The notes below the pieces were generated by a model. The model was given only the letters and a program-made list of their open reading frames with translations, was not told the DNA's origin and did not search any database. 64,000 bases of DNA from Octopus sinensis (Eukaryota). Positions 41,936 to 55,896 of the stretch are shown piece by piece. The stretch is taken from NCBI RefSeq assembly GCF_006345805.1, contig NC_043010.1:39370001-39434000 (forward strand). Reading direction: 5' to 3'. The position numbers were made by a program, and so were the translations under genes. Every line of letters begins with the position of its first letter. Positions within the stretch are counted from its first letter, which is position 1.

Positions 41936-43184
41936 TCCGCTGCGGCCATGCACTCAAGTCGCACTGGCGGGGTAGCATTACTTCTCGAATGATGGCGCCG
42001 TCCACCTTAATACACCGGCACCCCGGGATCCCCTTCGTCCAAAACTTGGTCTGCACGGTAGTTGGGACTAGGCCTTAGCGAGGAGGCTTCGGTCACTAAT
42101 CTCAGTGATAATATATTTAGCATCTTGCTGTATTATATCATACATTGAATCGTGTGATATTATCATTATTTTTTCATATAACATCAGTTACTCTGTCATA
42201 TTATGTTACGTGAATCGCAATATAAAATACTGTGCGAAATGGTCGATGAGTTCAATATTGTAATGAAATTTTCGCACTAATATTTTGTGTAAAGAATCCG
42301 TCAAGGTTTTTGAGTGTTATTGTTTTAAATATCCAATTGAAAAACCGAGATGCATTTCAGTATTTAAACGGTAAAAGGGACTTTCGTTATATTTTTATTA
42401 AATTCGATTTTAATATATTGGATTGAAGTTTTATCAGGTTCCTTGGTGGAGGAAGAAACCGTTCTAAATAATTTATGCTGTGATCGTGAAATGACTGATG
42501 ATCAAAATATTCTGAAGTAATGGTTCATAAGGCTTTCAATACTCCGTACACCTTGGAAATACTGGATTAACTGTTGCACAACGACAAAAGAAATATCAGA
42601 TTTAAATATTAAAAAATCAATTTTTCTCATTAAAATCTTTTTTAAAAAATGGGCCACAAACGACCACGCTAATGGACAAATCCAACTAAAACATAAAATG
42701 TTTGAATCAGTGGATGTAATGGAAATGTAAACAGAGCACTGATACAAACTAAAAGAGGAGAAATCATTCACAATTGTGAACATAAAACGTTATGACTTCT
42801 TTGTTCCCGCTTCTCTTTCAAGAAGTTCTAAAAAAATAGAATTTCTTTCTCATCACAATTTGCAAGTCTGCTACTGGATTCATGCGATTCTTAAATTTTG
42901 GTTTCATTGACAAACGGTCAATTAATCTAGATTCACAGAAGTATATCGCTACAAGTGGATTAAAAATATACCAATGTGAGGATAATCTCTTAAGCCCATA
43001 TTGTCATCAATAGACGAATGTAGTTTTTAAAGATTACCTGGTAAATTTATTCCTAGGATTGATATTACACTCTGAAATGCCATCTCTTACCATTAAGTGT
43101 TGTGGTCAGCCTATTTTGATGACTATGTTATGATGGAAACAGTGACTTGAATTACGAATTATATTTATATTAACGTTCGATTAA

Positions 43185-43390
43185 AGGCGATGATCGAGGC
43201 AAATTGGTAGAGCGTCGGGAAATGAATCGTGGTATTTGTCCCGCTCTTTACTTTCTGAGATCAAATACCGCAGCGATCCAGTTTGCATTTTATCAACGGG
43301 GCTCAATAAAGTAATTTGCCACACAAATAATGATATCAGTTGTATCATCTGATCTACTGTTCGAAAAATTGCGGGCCTCGTGCTTAAGCC
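43185..43390 (+). mobile_element. SINE family B, very old copy
   Basis: Weak matches to the head, the core (tttgcattttatc..ggggctcaataaa) and the tail (gggcctcgtgct). Confidence 0.5.
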
Positions 43391-44240
43391 TCAAACATTT
43401 ATACTTTAAGTAAGGCTAGGAATCCGCAGTGCTACATGTTTTAACTACATATATATTCCTGCAGGCGAGTATTAACTATTAACCAATTTATTGCTAAGTT
43501 ACTATGAATTTCTGAGTTACATTCCTTTTTCATGTATATTGATAGCTGAGTTTTTTTCATCTTGTAACTAATTCAGTAGAAGCAGAGTTGATGTTAAGAT
43601 CACAATTTTCCAGAAATGATTAATTTTTGAAATTAATTTTAACTTTAATATTTAAAATTCAATTTCAGTAATTATATTTTTAGTTTAGTTTTATATAATT
43701 ATCACTAATCAGATTAAATTCGCTTTAATTGAATTCCGCACTCAAGTACCAATTTCTAATATTTTAACACAAATATGATTAATTTTAAATTTGAAACTGG
43801 AGGGATAAACAATAACAGCAGTTAAAAATATTGAAAATTATGGGACAAAAAAAACATTCGAATTGATATTTACAAAAAGAATTACATGTTTATACAAATA
43901 CATTTTACTTGATGTAACTGAATTTATTACACACATGCACTAACATTGTTCTACATAAAGTAAAAAATTTCATTACATCCTGAAAAATTTTCAACGTACG
44001 AAATTTGATTTCTAATTAGACAGTTGGAAAACTGATGATTAGATGATTAGACAGTTGGAAAAAAGAAAGATTTTTGTGATCTATCCTTTTAATACTGTGT
44101 AGATGTGAAGAGAGACGTGTAGAATGACCGCTGATGTGTTACTGAAGTATGAAACAGCTTACAAATAAGTGCTTACAACATATTAAGAGGGTGAATTATA
44201 ATTATATCTATATCTATATCTATCTATCTCTCTATCTATC

Positions 44241-44550
<310 letters not shown>

Positions 44551-44671
44551 GAGTACAAAATAGAGCTCAGTCACACTTAGAATTACCAATAGCCGCGTAT
44601 GAAAAATAAAATTGAATAAATATATAAATAGCTGCCTGAATGCGCTCCTTCCTACTGACTCTTTTATTTAG

Positions 44672-44712
<41 letters not shown>

Positions 44713-45189
44713 TATATATATATATATGTATGCATATATATCAATCACATGGACTTGCTAAATTCAAATCATGCATATATTTTGATTAAGTTTAAAAAGA
44801 AATATATAAAGGTCATATAATGTGGTTATCTAATACACAATCCAAACATCGTGGGAGAGTAAACAGTTTATGAAATAGCTACAGTTATGCGCTATGTAAC
44901 ATCCTATATTTCAACGTGATGAGAACAAATAAAGCGTAGTTTTGTTGACAGTGAGTCAGATAATCGAGTGAACCAACATAAATTGAAAGGATACGAAAGT
45001 AACAACACGGAGAAATGTGTTTTTTAGCTTGAAATCTGATCTCGCCGGTTTTACTGAACAACGTGTAGGAGTTTGGTATTGGCACGAATACATTTAAAAT
45101 TGCTAATATATCTATACATTACCAGGCATGAAGACGCAGAAACGCCTCCATACATGTATATATCTATATATATTCTTTTAAGTTGTTTT

Positions 45190-45593
45190 TTTTAATTATT
45201 TCACATGTTTCAGTCTTTTGACTGCGGCCATGCAGGAGCATCGCCTTTAGTTGAACATCTCGACCCCAGGACATATTCTTTGTAAACCTAGTACCCATAA
45301 TATCGGTCCCTTTTTGCTGAACTGCTAAGTTACGAGGGCATAAACACACCAAGATCGGTTGTCAAGTGACGGTGGGCGACAATCACAGAAACAAATACTC
45401 ACACACGCACACACACACAACACACACTAACATATATGTATATACGACGGGCTTCATACAGTTTCCGTCTACCAAATCCGCTTACAAAGATTTGGTCGGC
45501 CCGAGGCTGTAGTACTTGCCCAAAGTGCCACACAGTGGGACTGAATCCAGAACCATGTGGTTTGAGATCAAGCTTCTTACCACACAGCCACGC
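45190..45593 (-). mobile_element. SINE family A, full length
   Basis: Reverse complement of the family A consensus. Confidence 0.88.
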
Positions 45594-45628
45594 CATATAT
45601 ATATATATATATATATAATATATATATA

Positions 45629-45663
<35 letters not shown>

Positions 45664-45766
45664 CCGGAGTAAACACATAAATGTGAAACAAGATGGAAAA
45701 AAGAGTACTCAAATACCAGTGGTAGAGTAATATGCTTTATTTAAAGCAGCAGAAATTCAACAAAAT

Positions 45767-45804
45767 CTGTTACTCCGAGTTTCTCGTTGCCGTTCATCAG
45801 ACAG
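45767..45804 (-). ncRNA. Minimal type I hammerhead ribozyme motif with intact core
   Basis: CUGU-CUGAUGA-aCGgcaaCGa-GAAA-CUCgGAG-UA-ACAG. Stem I CUGU/ACAG, short stem II with a GNRA loop, stem III ACUC/GAGU (probably dimeric), GUA triplet. Confidence 0.75.
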
Positions 45805-45820
45805 TTTTTTCTAGCAAAAT

Positions 45821-45857
45821 CTGTCTGATGAACGGCAACGAGAACTCAGAGTAACAG
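45821..45857 (+). ncRNA. Minimal hammerhead motif, inverted partner copy (one A missing from GAAA)
   Basis: CUGU-CUGAUGA-aCGgcaaCGa-GAA-CUCaGAG-UA-ACAG; stem I extends to caaaaucugu/acagauuuug. Confidence 0.6.
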
Positions 45858-45889
45858 ATTTTGTTGAATTTTCTGCTGCTTTAAATAAA

Positions 45890-45961
<72 letters not shown>

Positions 45962-45962
<1 letters not shown>

Positions 45963-46142
45963 CTTGGCCCTGTTTTCGAAGCGCGGATCAGGTGAAACAA
46001 GGACGACTGATGAAGGGGGATATTATTTATGTTGCATATCTCGTGTCTCTGTGTTTTTAGCTGTTCGAGAAAAAAGTTCGTTTTCTATGTTTTCATTTCT
46101 CATTGTGTTCAACGTTTTTTTTTTTGATGTACTGTACCCATA
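45962..46142 (+). mobile_element. Repeat family P2-like copy
   Basis: ttcgaagc...gaCTGATGAaggggg...T-rich tract...gatgtactgtaccca; (TA)n-flanked. Confidence 0.5.
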
Positions 46143-46227
46143 TATGCATTTATATTTACATATATATGTAGGTATGTACATATATGTATGTATATATGTG
46201 CATATATTTATATATTATTTATAAAGT

Positions 46228-46278
<51 letters not shown>

Positions 46279-46885
46279 TGGACTGCGACCTTTCTGGGGC
46301 GCCGCTCTGAAGTATTCTAGTAGAACGAATGAACCCCATACATATGTTGACAATCAGTCTTTATGAGATTATAATATTATTGTCTTTAAACGCTTGATTT
46401 CGTTCTTCATTCTGCTTTATTTTCCTTCCCTTTAATCTGACCATGACGATAAGAATGTAATTTATAAATAACTTCACACAGAAGATTTTCTTCTATTTCT
46501 TTATTTATTTCTCTGTTTTGAATTTTGATTATACCTGCGATTTGTCTGTCACTATATCTATGGTTTCAGCTTTATATGCTAACTGCTGCTGAAAAATGCA
46601 CACTCTATTGCGTCTTCATTCTTTTACAGAGTGAAATGACAGTAATGTTATAAGGAAGGACTTTTTTCAAAAAATCAAGGCATTGCATTACCTATACCAT
46701 CTCACGTATAAACGGGGTAACGATGTGTGAAAACTATTGTAGCGATTTCAATTAGGGAATATAGTTTAATCGATACATTCTTATTTTCTATTCATCTCTC
46801 TCTCTCTCTCTCTTTCTGTGCATATATAAGTATGTATACACACACACACTCACAAAGAAATATGTATATATTCATGTATGCTTAC

Positions 46886-46972
<87 letters not shown>

Positions 46973-47049
46973 ATATAAATAATATATATATGCATATATA
47001 CATACGTATACGTACATACTTACAACTATACGTATATACATACGCATAT

Positions 47050-47400
47050 GTGGACACAGGTCGTCAGGAAACGTAAACAACATAAAAATTAAACGTAAAC
47101 ATGAGATACGAAATACGAATACATGAAATATGAACCTGTTTTTGCAACAACGAAATAAACACATGGAAAACAAGACGAGTAACATAATGAACAACCCTTC
47201 ATCAGTTGTCGGCTGATCAGATTTTCTGAACCATATTTTGAGCAATTTAACGAAAAGAAAGATACACCTTCGATAAAAAAAAGTTGCCCCTGCAAAGCAA
47301 ATTCAATAAAAATTTCGGTTTTGCGGAGGATCAATATTGGTAAGAAAAAAAGGACAGTGAAAACAAACAGGAAGGATTGCTAAGCTAAGCCTAAACTAGG
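47050..47400 (-). mobile_element. Repeat family P2 copy with a longer upstream portion
   Basis: Minus strand cagccgacaaCTGATGAagggttgttc...gacgacctgtgtcca. Confidence 0.5.
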
Positions 47401-47712
47401 CGAGGTGGCGAACGCGGAGAAACAAGCTTAAACAGGAGACAGACAAATATATGTCTCATTCCTCTTCACACACCGACACACATACAGACATTCTATTTCG
47501 TGATGGTCACTATTTTCTTGCCACATAAACACACGCGTTATATATTCATTTTTTCACTTGTTTATTGCTGTTCTTATTCTATGTATATGTTATGTATATG
47601 CTATGTATATATATATATACATATATATATATATACGTATACCCATACACATGTACATATATGTACGTACACCCCCATATATATATATATATGTAATACA
47701 TAAATATATATG

Positions 47713-47766
<54 letters not shown>

Positions 47767-48891
47767 AATATATATGTATATATAATGGTATATATATATT
47801 ATATATATATATATAGATATATATATATATATATATATAATATAATATAATGTATGTATATGTAATAGTGTGTGTGTGGCGCGCGCATGTGTATCAAAAT
47901 ATAAGCATATGATACATTCACATATGAGGATAATCAGCTTACAATTGTACAAATTATATCACCATTTTATACATAAAAACATACCAACTGAATGTATTTT
48001 TTACAATGATTTGTGAGCGGAAGCACACACATACAAATGAACGCACACACACAAACCCATACACACACAGCCGCACCCATACATGCACAATTTATATGCG
48101 TGTATACATATAAAGCGTGATTAGAGAAATTAAATAATTGACGCTACTTCTAAAATTTGTGTTGATTAAATAAACATATTACCAAAATTATACAGAACGG
48201 ATCTGCATTAATGAATTATTAATATTCTCTTCCATGATAATATTATTCTATTCATATTACAACACGAAAATTCCCAATACGTGTCATTGTTAAGGTACCT
48301 GGTTTCAGTTATTGCTTGAATTTCATAATGTATTCTAAGTTTGTAATGTCCTCATCATAACTTCTTTCTATAGTAGACAGCACTGACTCTAAAATATGAT
48401 ACAGCCCTACTTACTGCAAGTGGTACTGGTTGCGTAGGAGTTTTCTATCAACTGAGGTAAATCTTCGCGAAATGTTGTTACATTCTACTGACAGGAATAT
48501 GAGAGATAGCAATATTAATTTTCATGTGTTCTTCATGGCATTACTAAACGTTTAGTTGTATATGGTCGTAACGATAAACTTTCTACTATAGGCACAAACC
48601 ATGAGGAATTTGGTTGGTTGGGATATAGTCGATTACAACACTTCCAGTGGTCATGTGGTACTTATTTCATCGAGTGAATGATTCCTGTTTCGGAGACTCC
48701 CGCCAGACTGCATTGTTTCTCAATAAGGTGCCGCTTGCTAGATCAATTAGTTCCTTGAATTCACTCGATATTTTTCAAGCCATTGTCAATCGCCTATGTT
48801 TGAATAAAAATAAATAAATAAATAAAACACATACATAGGTTGAAAAAAGGAAGGGAATACATAAATAAACTGACAGACAGAATATGCATCC

Positions 48892-48939
<48 letters not shown>

Positions 48940-48979
48940 CACACACAGAGAATGAGAGAGGGGAGAGAAAGCGAGAGAG

Positions 48980-49044
<65 letters not shown>

Positions 49045-49049
<5 letters not shown>

Positions 49050-49981
49050 AGATGTCGGTACGTACATATAGGTTGTATGTATACATATATTATTTATTAC
49101 TCTATTGTCTGACAGCGCTTCGCGTCGGGTTCGTTTGAATTTTCGATTTTGCGAATTCTCACTTCGTTCCATCTCTTTCCTCCCAGTTTGTTTTACAGTT
49201 TACTACAATGATGCGAAATTCTCTCCTTTGCTTTGCCTTCCCCTTTCTCTCTCTCTCTCTCTCTTCCTTCCTCTCACTTTGCCTCACCCTTCTCTCTAGC
49301 CGCGTGTCTTCCTCTCTCTCTCTCTCTCTCTCCCACTCCTCCTCACTTTCGTCACTGCTAATCCTTTCGCCTGTTGCATTCAGGCCCTAAGGTCATGTTT
49401 CCCAGCGCTCGCCGGTTACATTCTCGTCCCCGCCAGAACAAAAGCTTTTTCGTTTGTTCTCTTGTTTATTTTGATTTCTCGTATTGTAATTTAATTCTCG
49501 TTTTGTATTTTCTTGTACATGTATCTTTAATTTTGTATTATTTTTTCCTGTATGTTTTTGTGCAGTTCTTTGTTACGTCCCTTTTTGTGTTACATTTTTC
49601 TTGCTCGTTTTACCCCTCTACGAGGTTATTTTATTTTAATTCTCTCGTAGGGAGGCCTAGCATGGCCAGACGTGTTCTGTCTTGCCTTCGAAACACGCTA
49701 TGTTTGCTAGCGACAGCTGATGAAGGGGATTTTCCTTGTGCAGCATGTCCTGTACTTCGTTTTCTTTTGTACATAATTGTTTTTCTCGTTTTCATTTCGT
49801 CTTGTTCCACGTCTCTGTCCTTCTGTTGTAACAAAATGGCGTTTCCGTTTTCGTTTCTGTTAATTTTTACGTCTTCTTGTGGTGTCCTGTACGTATATAT
49901 ATTTATATATGCATGTATATATACATGTAGATGTCGGTACGTACATATATGTTTGTATGTATGCATATATTTTATTTATTA

Positions 49982-49985
<4 letters not shown>
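49045..49985 (+). mobile_element. Pyrimidine-rich element of about 940 bp with direct terminal repeats of about 55 bp (P2 family, pseudo-LTR-like)
   Basis: tgtagatgtcggtacgtacatata..ttgtatgtat.catatat..tatttattac at about 49047-49100 and 49926-49982. Internal gCTGATGAagggg. (TA)n on both sides. Confidence 0.55.
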
Positions 49986-50036
<51 letters not shown>

Positions 50037-50088
50037 TATAAGCAATAATAAATTTCTGAACGAGGTATAAACAGTAACTGCACGACAG

Positions 50089-50266
50089 TGTGAGGGATAT
50101 TTGCCATCTCAATACGTAGCCCTAGGAGAACGTCGTCTCCAGCTGGCTTTAGGCACACTTTCGTGTGCTTAAAGCCGGCTGGGGACGATGTTCTCCTGGG
50201 GCTACAAGCTACAGTAACACCCACACTTAGTGGTTAGCCATATTGAGATGGCAACTATCCCTCACA
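50089..50266 (+). other. Nested inverted-repeat structure: 26-bp outer arms and a 43-bp inner hairpin
   Basis: Outer arms 50089-50114 / 50241-50266 (one mismatch). Inner arms 50116-50158 / 50163-50205 with a TTTC loop. Confidence 0.9.
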
Positions 50267-50309
50267 TTATATATATATATATATGTATATATATAGAGAG
50301 AGGGAGATT

Positions 50310-50376
<67 letters not shown>

Positions 50377-50389
50377 GGATTGATAGATG

Positions 50390-50453
<64 letters not shown>

Positions 50454-50516
50454 CATAGATAGATAGATAGATGATAGATAGATAGATGGATTGATAGATG
50501 GATAGATAGATAGATA

Positions 50517-50583
<67 letters not shown>

Positions 50584-50995
50584 TGAAACAGAAAATTGTT
50601 CTCTATCTGAATGTATGAAACTGAAACGTTGACAAGGCACTATAATTCATGTCATACTTGCCATTTCCCAGAGAATATCTTACGCACTGCCTTATACAGT
50701 ATTATAGTTTCACTGACAGGACTTCATATTGTCAAGTGTAGTCAGGTATTCAGAAGTTTCTATCCACTCAAATACGAATTTTTTTCTATTGAAATATGGG
50801 TGTCGATATCCGCGTACAACTCTATTCGATGTAAACGTTTAAGATGACGCATTAGGAATGGATCCACGCTTAACCCTTTGCATCCACTTGTAACTTTCAA
50901 CGTGGCATTTTTCTATATAGCTCTTTAACACTATATGCATTAACGATTAAAGCACTGGCAAGAAATATAGAGAAATAAAGAAATGTATATATATG

Positions 50996-51065
<70 letters not shown>

Positions 51066-51266
51066 CATATATATATAAATATGTGTGTGTATGTATGTAT
51101 ATATATATAGGTGTGTACATATATATTTGTGTATGTACATATATAAGTATCTATAAAAAAAACAAATATATATATACATGTATATATATAATTATATATA
51201 TAGAAATATATGTACACACACACACACGCATATATATTCTCACATATGCGTATATATTCTACTCTA

Positions 51267-51582
51267 CGGCACTCCATCGGTTACGACCAGTCTGCTCGCG
51301 AAATTAACGTGCAAGATGCGTGCTATCGGGAGAGATTCAGCGTGACACAGAGTGTGACAAGGCTGAGCCCTTTGATATACAGGTACAACAGAAACAAGAG
51401 GAAGGAGCGAGAGAAAGTTGTGATGAAAGAGTACAGCAGGATTCGTCACCACGGAACGTCGTGGTGGTTTAAGTAATTTTCCCTCAATAAACACTCACAA
51501 CGCCCGGTCCCGGTCCGGGAATCGAAACCGCGATTCTATGACCGCGACTCCGCTGCTTTAACCACTGGGCTATTGCGACCCC
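51267..51582 (-). mobile_element. SINE family C, tail type 2, with internal deletions
   Basis: Reverse complement of 38228-38610, including gtcgtaaccgatggagtgcc. Confidence 0.85.
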
Positions 51583-51703
51583 ACACGTAGATATTACATA
51601 TATGATGATTCATATACAAGTATTTTCACTGACACATATCTGCGTGTTTATGAGTGTCTACATATTGAGTGTATTGACGGTAGTGTATACATGTATAATC
51701 GAT

Positions 51704-51744
<41 letters not shown>

Positions 51745-52133
51745 ACATTTCTTTTCATATTTTTTGTTGTTGTAACTTCAAGAATTGTACTTAACGATGT
51801 GATGGACTCTTTTCTGTCGTCGTTCCATCCTTTACATGAAGTAAAGCTATTATTTATTTGTTGCGACTGACAAAGGGTGCAGAAAAATTTTCCATTATTT
51901 TCCATATTACTGATTGTTATTCATCATGAAACATGACATTTCCTATTCACACCTCACAAAATTCGTTACCTGGACACTTTGCTCCGTATACAAGACACAC
52001 ACACAAACACACATACACACTCACATGTTCTTGTGTTTATTCTTTCAGATACATATACATGCATTCATACATATGTGTGTGTGCATGCATATATATATGT
52101 ATATATATATATATGTGTGTGTGTATATATGTA

Positions 52134-52176
52134 TGAAGAAGGGGATTTTTCGTTGTGCTTATTGTCCTGTATCTCT

Positions 52177-52210
<34 letters not shown>

Positions 52211-52360
52211 TGTCTTGTCCTTGGTTTGTGTCTATGTGTTTCGTCTCTCTATGTGTTCGATGTCTTTTTGGTGTCCTGTACACATATATGCGTGTATATG
52301 TACATGTAGAGGTAGGTACGTACATATATGTTTATATATATGCATATATTCTATTTTATT
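52134..52360 (+). mobile_element. Repeat family P2 3' fragment
   Basis: gaagaaggggattttt...ggtgtcctgtac...tgtagaggtaggtacgtacatatatg matches 49720-49980. Confidence 0.55.
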
Positions 52361-52591
52361 AACATATATATATATATATATATGTTGGCGTGTTATACGT
52401 TCACTTACTTATATGAGCTCACACACACACAGTTACACACATGTGCATGTGTGGGTGGGTGTGTTTGTGTGCTTTTGTGTATGTGTGTTTATTTTTGCGT
52501 ACATATGTATGACTTTATATACTTATGTTTATATGTGTGTGTGTGTGCATATATATGTAAATTTATAATACGCAAACTTATACATTCATAC

Positions 52592-52624
<33 letters not shown>

Positions 52625-52625
52625 C

Positions 52626-52714
<89 letters not shown>

Positions 52715-53331
52715 TCAATGTACACATGTGTATAAATGTATCAATGCATGTATATGTAAATGAAAGAGTGAGCACAACCACAAATCGCATACACACAGAC
52801 AGATATACATATAATATTCTACTCATGGCTTTTAGAATTTAAGAATTTGTTTTGCATGCAATACGGATTTAATAGTTCTGGAAGTGTAGCATGATAACCG
52901 CAAAAAGTTTTTACCGTAGTACGTGTGTAGCTGTGTTTAGATGTATATACACGGGTGAGTGTCTGTGTGTGTGTGTGTGTGTACGTCTGTTTATGATTGC
53001 GTATATACACACATATTTATATTTAGAGCGGATGTGTGTGTGTGTGCTCCGTTGCATACATAGCAGCTACCAATTTCCTGCTGAAATGCATTATAACCTG
53101 TGTAGAATAAAAGGTGAACAGGTAAGAGCAGATACTTCTATTATTATATTAGTCAATGGTTAAACTCATTGTACATCTGAAAATCACAGAATATTCCACT
53201 TACCACAATGCTGCATCGAATAATGATGACTCAATATATCAATGGTTTGGTAAAGCAATTTCAAAATTTCGTACAGGTTATGTATGAGTTCACACTCCTA
53301 TGTTCACCTATCAGCAGAATATTATTATAAT

Positions 53332-53859
53332 CTTTTCTACTCGAGGCACAAGGCCTGAAATTTTAAGGGAGGGGGCCAGTCGTTTAGATCAGCCCCAGTA
53401 CACAACTAGTACTTGATTTATCGACTCCGAAATGATGAAAGGCAAAGTCGATCTCGGCGGAATTTGAACTCAGAATGTAAAGACAGACGAAATAACGCTA
53501 AGCACTTCGCCTGGCGTGCTAACGATCCTGGCAGCTCGCCGTCAAATATTATTATATACTCTAGTTACAAGGCTCGAAATTGTGAAGGAGGGTAGCAGTC
53601 GATTAGATCAACCCCAGTACACAACTGGTATTTAATTTATCAACCCCGAAAGGATGAAAGGCAAAGTCGACCTCGGCAGAATTTGAACTCAGAGCGTAAA
53701 GGCAGGCGAAATACCTATTTCTTTACTACGCACAAGGGGCTAAACACAGAGAGGACAAACAAGGACAGAGAAACGTATTAAGTCGATTATATCGACCCCA
53801 GTGCGTAACTGGTACTTATTTAATCGACCCCAAAAGGATGAAAGGCAAAGTCGACCTCG
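53332..53859 (-). mobile_element. SINE family B tandem array (three units, both tail types)
   Basis: Three cores; the flank aatattattata is repeated at about 53318 and 53545; the third unit carries the 41500-type tail. Confidence 0.87.
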
Positions 53860-54009
53860 CATACACAAGCACTTACACACACACACACACACACATGCAC
53901 ATATATGTACACTGACGCATATATATATATGTCTTTATATAGCTACATCCTATTCGTATTAGCCCAAGCTTCACCTGCATATAAGACCGAAGGTAAGATT
54001 GTAATTAGT

Positions 54010-54442
54010 CGCAGGAGTGATTGTGTGGATAAGCGCAGGTGTGGCTGTGTGGTAAGAAGCTTGCTATCCAGTCACGTGGTTCGGGGTTCAGTCCCTTTTC
54101 ATGTCTCATTGGGCAAGTGTCTTCTCCTATAGCCTCGGACCGACCAAAGGATTTTGAGTGCATTTGGTAGACGGAAACGGAAAGAAACCCGTCGTATATA
54201 TATATATATATGTGTGTGTGTATGTATGTATGTATGTATGTATTTACATTTATGTGTGTCTGTGTTTGTCCCCACCATCACCACTTGGCAACTTGTTTTG
54301 GTATGTTTATGTCCACGTAACTTAACAGTTCGCCAAAAAGGACCAGGCTAAAAAAAATATAAGTATTGGGGTCGATTCATTTGACTAAAACTTCTAGGCG
54401 ATGCCCCAGTATGGCCGCAGTGTAATGACTGAAACCTGTAAA
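54010..54442 (+). mobile_element. SINE family A with a short duplicated head
   Basis: gcaggagtgattgtgtgg then gcaggtgtggctgtgtgg, followed by the full body and tail. Confidence 0.85.
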
Positions 54443-54444
54443 TG

Positions 54445-54680
54445 ATTAAGATAGTGCAGTTTATGGCATGTATGGCATCGTCTAGATTTGTGTAGGTTAC
54501 ATCCTTTGTGGAGTTTGATGCTTTTATTGGGTTAAATGCTCTCGCTTCCTTTGAGATTTCCCCATCAATATCTCGCGCATATTTACTGTTCATACTGAGG
54601 AGGTAAACGCACACCATTACTTCCTCGATTTCATTGCTTCTCACCTCTATTCGGACAATTTAGAAGTGGGTAGAATATCG
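54445..54680 (-). mobile_element. RTE-like LINE reverse-transcriptase remnant
   Basis: EIEEVMVCVYLLSMNSKYARDIDGEISKEARAF resembles the RT-end pattern EEV..FVYLGS...DID.EI..RI..A..AF. Confidence 0.5.
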
Positions 54681-55831
54681 ATTGTTTATATTCTGCTTCT
54701 TGACATAAGCATCTTCAGGATTCCACTACCTATTAAAAATAGACAAAAGACGACAAAAATAAATCCTAATATATTAATGTCTATGTCAGCAACGACTATG
54801 TTCATGTGAGGAATAAAAAAAACAAACGTTGATAATGCTAATAGCGTTCCAAATTTAATACGGGAGTTAACTACCCAAGATAGAATTTGAACACAGTGTA
54901 TTAAGGTAACGAATTGAGATTTATACTGTTTTAAACTGAAGTTCATCTCCAAAGGCGAATTTTCTTTTAACCACTTATGTGATAATCTCATTATTTGCCG
55001 TGTACTTATCATTCGTCCTGCAGTATAAAGATTGAAGTAACTGAAACAGATTTAATAATATGACTACGGAAGATTAAGTATTCTCCTTTATCTATAAATA
55101 AACTATTTACATATTAAGAAATATTACTTCTAAGTATTTATCTTGCTCTTGTTCGTTGCACTTTGTAAGGATTAAAGTAAATATTTCATAAAGACTTTTA
55201 ATGTTTTCAAATATGTCCATTTGTAGAAGAAGTAATGCGTGCTCTTTTCTCAGTCTCCCATTAAATTGCTTTTGTTCAGAGGATAATATAATGGGCTAAA
55301 CATAAACATTTAATCAACTGAATTGCTCCGTTGGTGTTTATAGTCACATCCTTCGAGAAAATTTTGCTGGAATAAATTGATATATTGTGAGTGATTTCTT
55401 TTTTTCATTACTCTTTATTCATTAAACATATAATATAATGTTTCCATTTAAAAACTTAATCGAAAATCATATTTAGAAGAGAAAGAATAAACACGGTTGT
55501 AATAGTGAAGAAAGCGTACGTAGGTTGCTGCTTGAGAGATGTAATGTATTCATTTCGGCATGCTGTGCTCCAGTAGTTTCAAAGTGAATACTCCTATCAG
55601 ACAATCTACTTTACAGCCATTTTCAGTTTGTTTAATATGCACTACTATTGTAAGAATTCAGAAATGTAATGTGAATATTATTATTAATTTTAAAGCATCC
55701 TTAATTCATAGGGATGTCTGAAACACTTTCCTGAAATAACAGAATATATGAGATATGACAGTCAATAAAAATTATGTTGTATACTTGAAATGTATTACAA
55801 TATCTTATATAATATAAGACATTATTATTGC

Positions 55832-55894
<63 letters not shown>

Positions 55895-55896
55895 TA

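Larger units (their letters stand above)
45664..45890. mobile_element. (TA)n-embedded fold-back element with two inverted minimal hammerheads
   Basis: About 45735-45808 is the reverse complement of about 45816-45890; each arm holds a hammerhead core. Confidence 0.8.

Noticed and set aside
41936-42095. Short GC-rich island
   Set aside because: Probably a retroelement scrap, but no motif could be assigned and it is too short to call a promoter CpG island.
49374-50033. 219-aa ORF, the longest in the track
   Set aside because: F/L/V/S-rich product of a T-rich repeat running into (TA)n; no recognisable domain.
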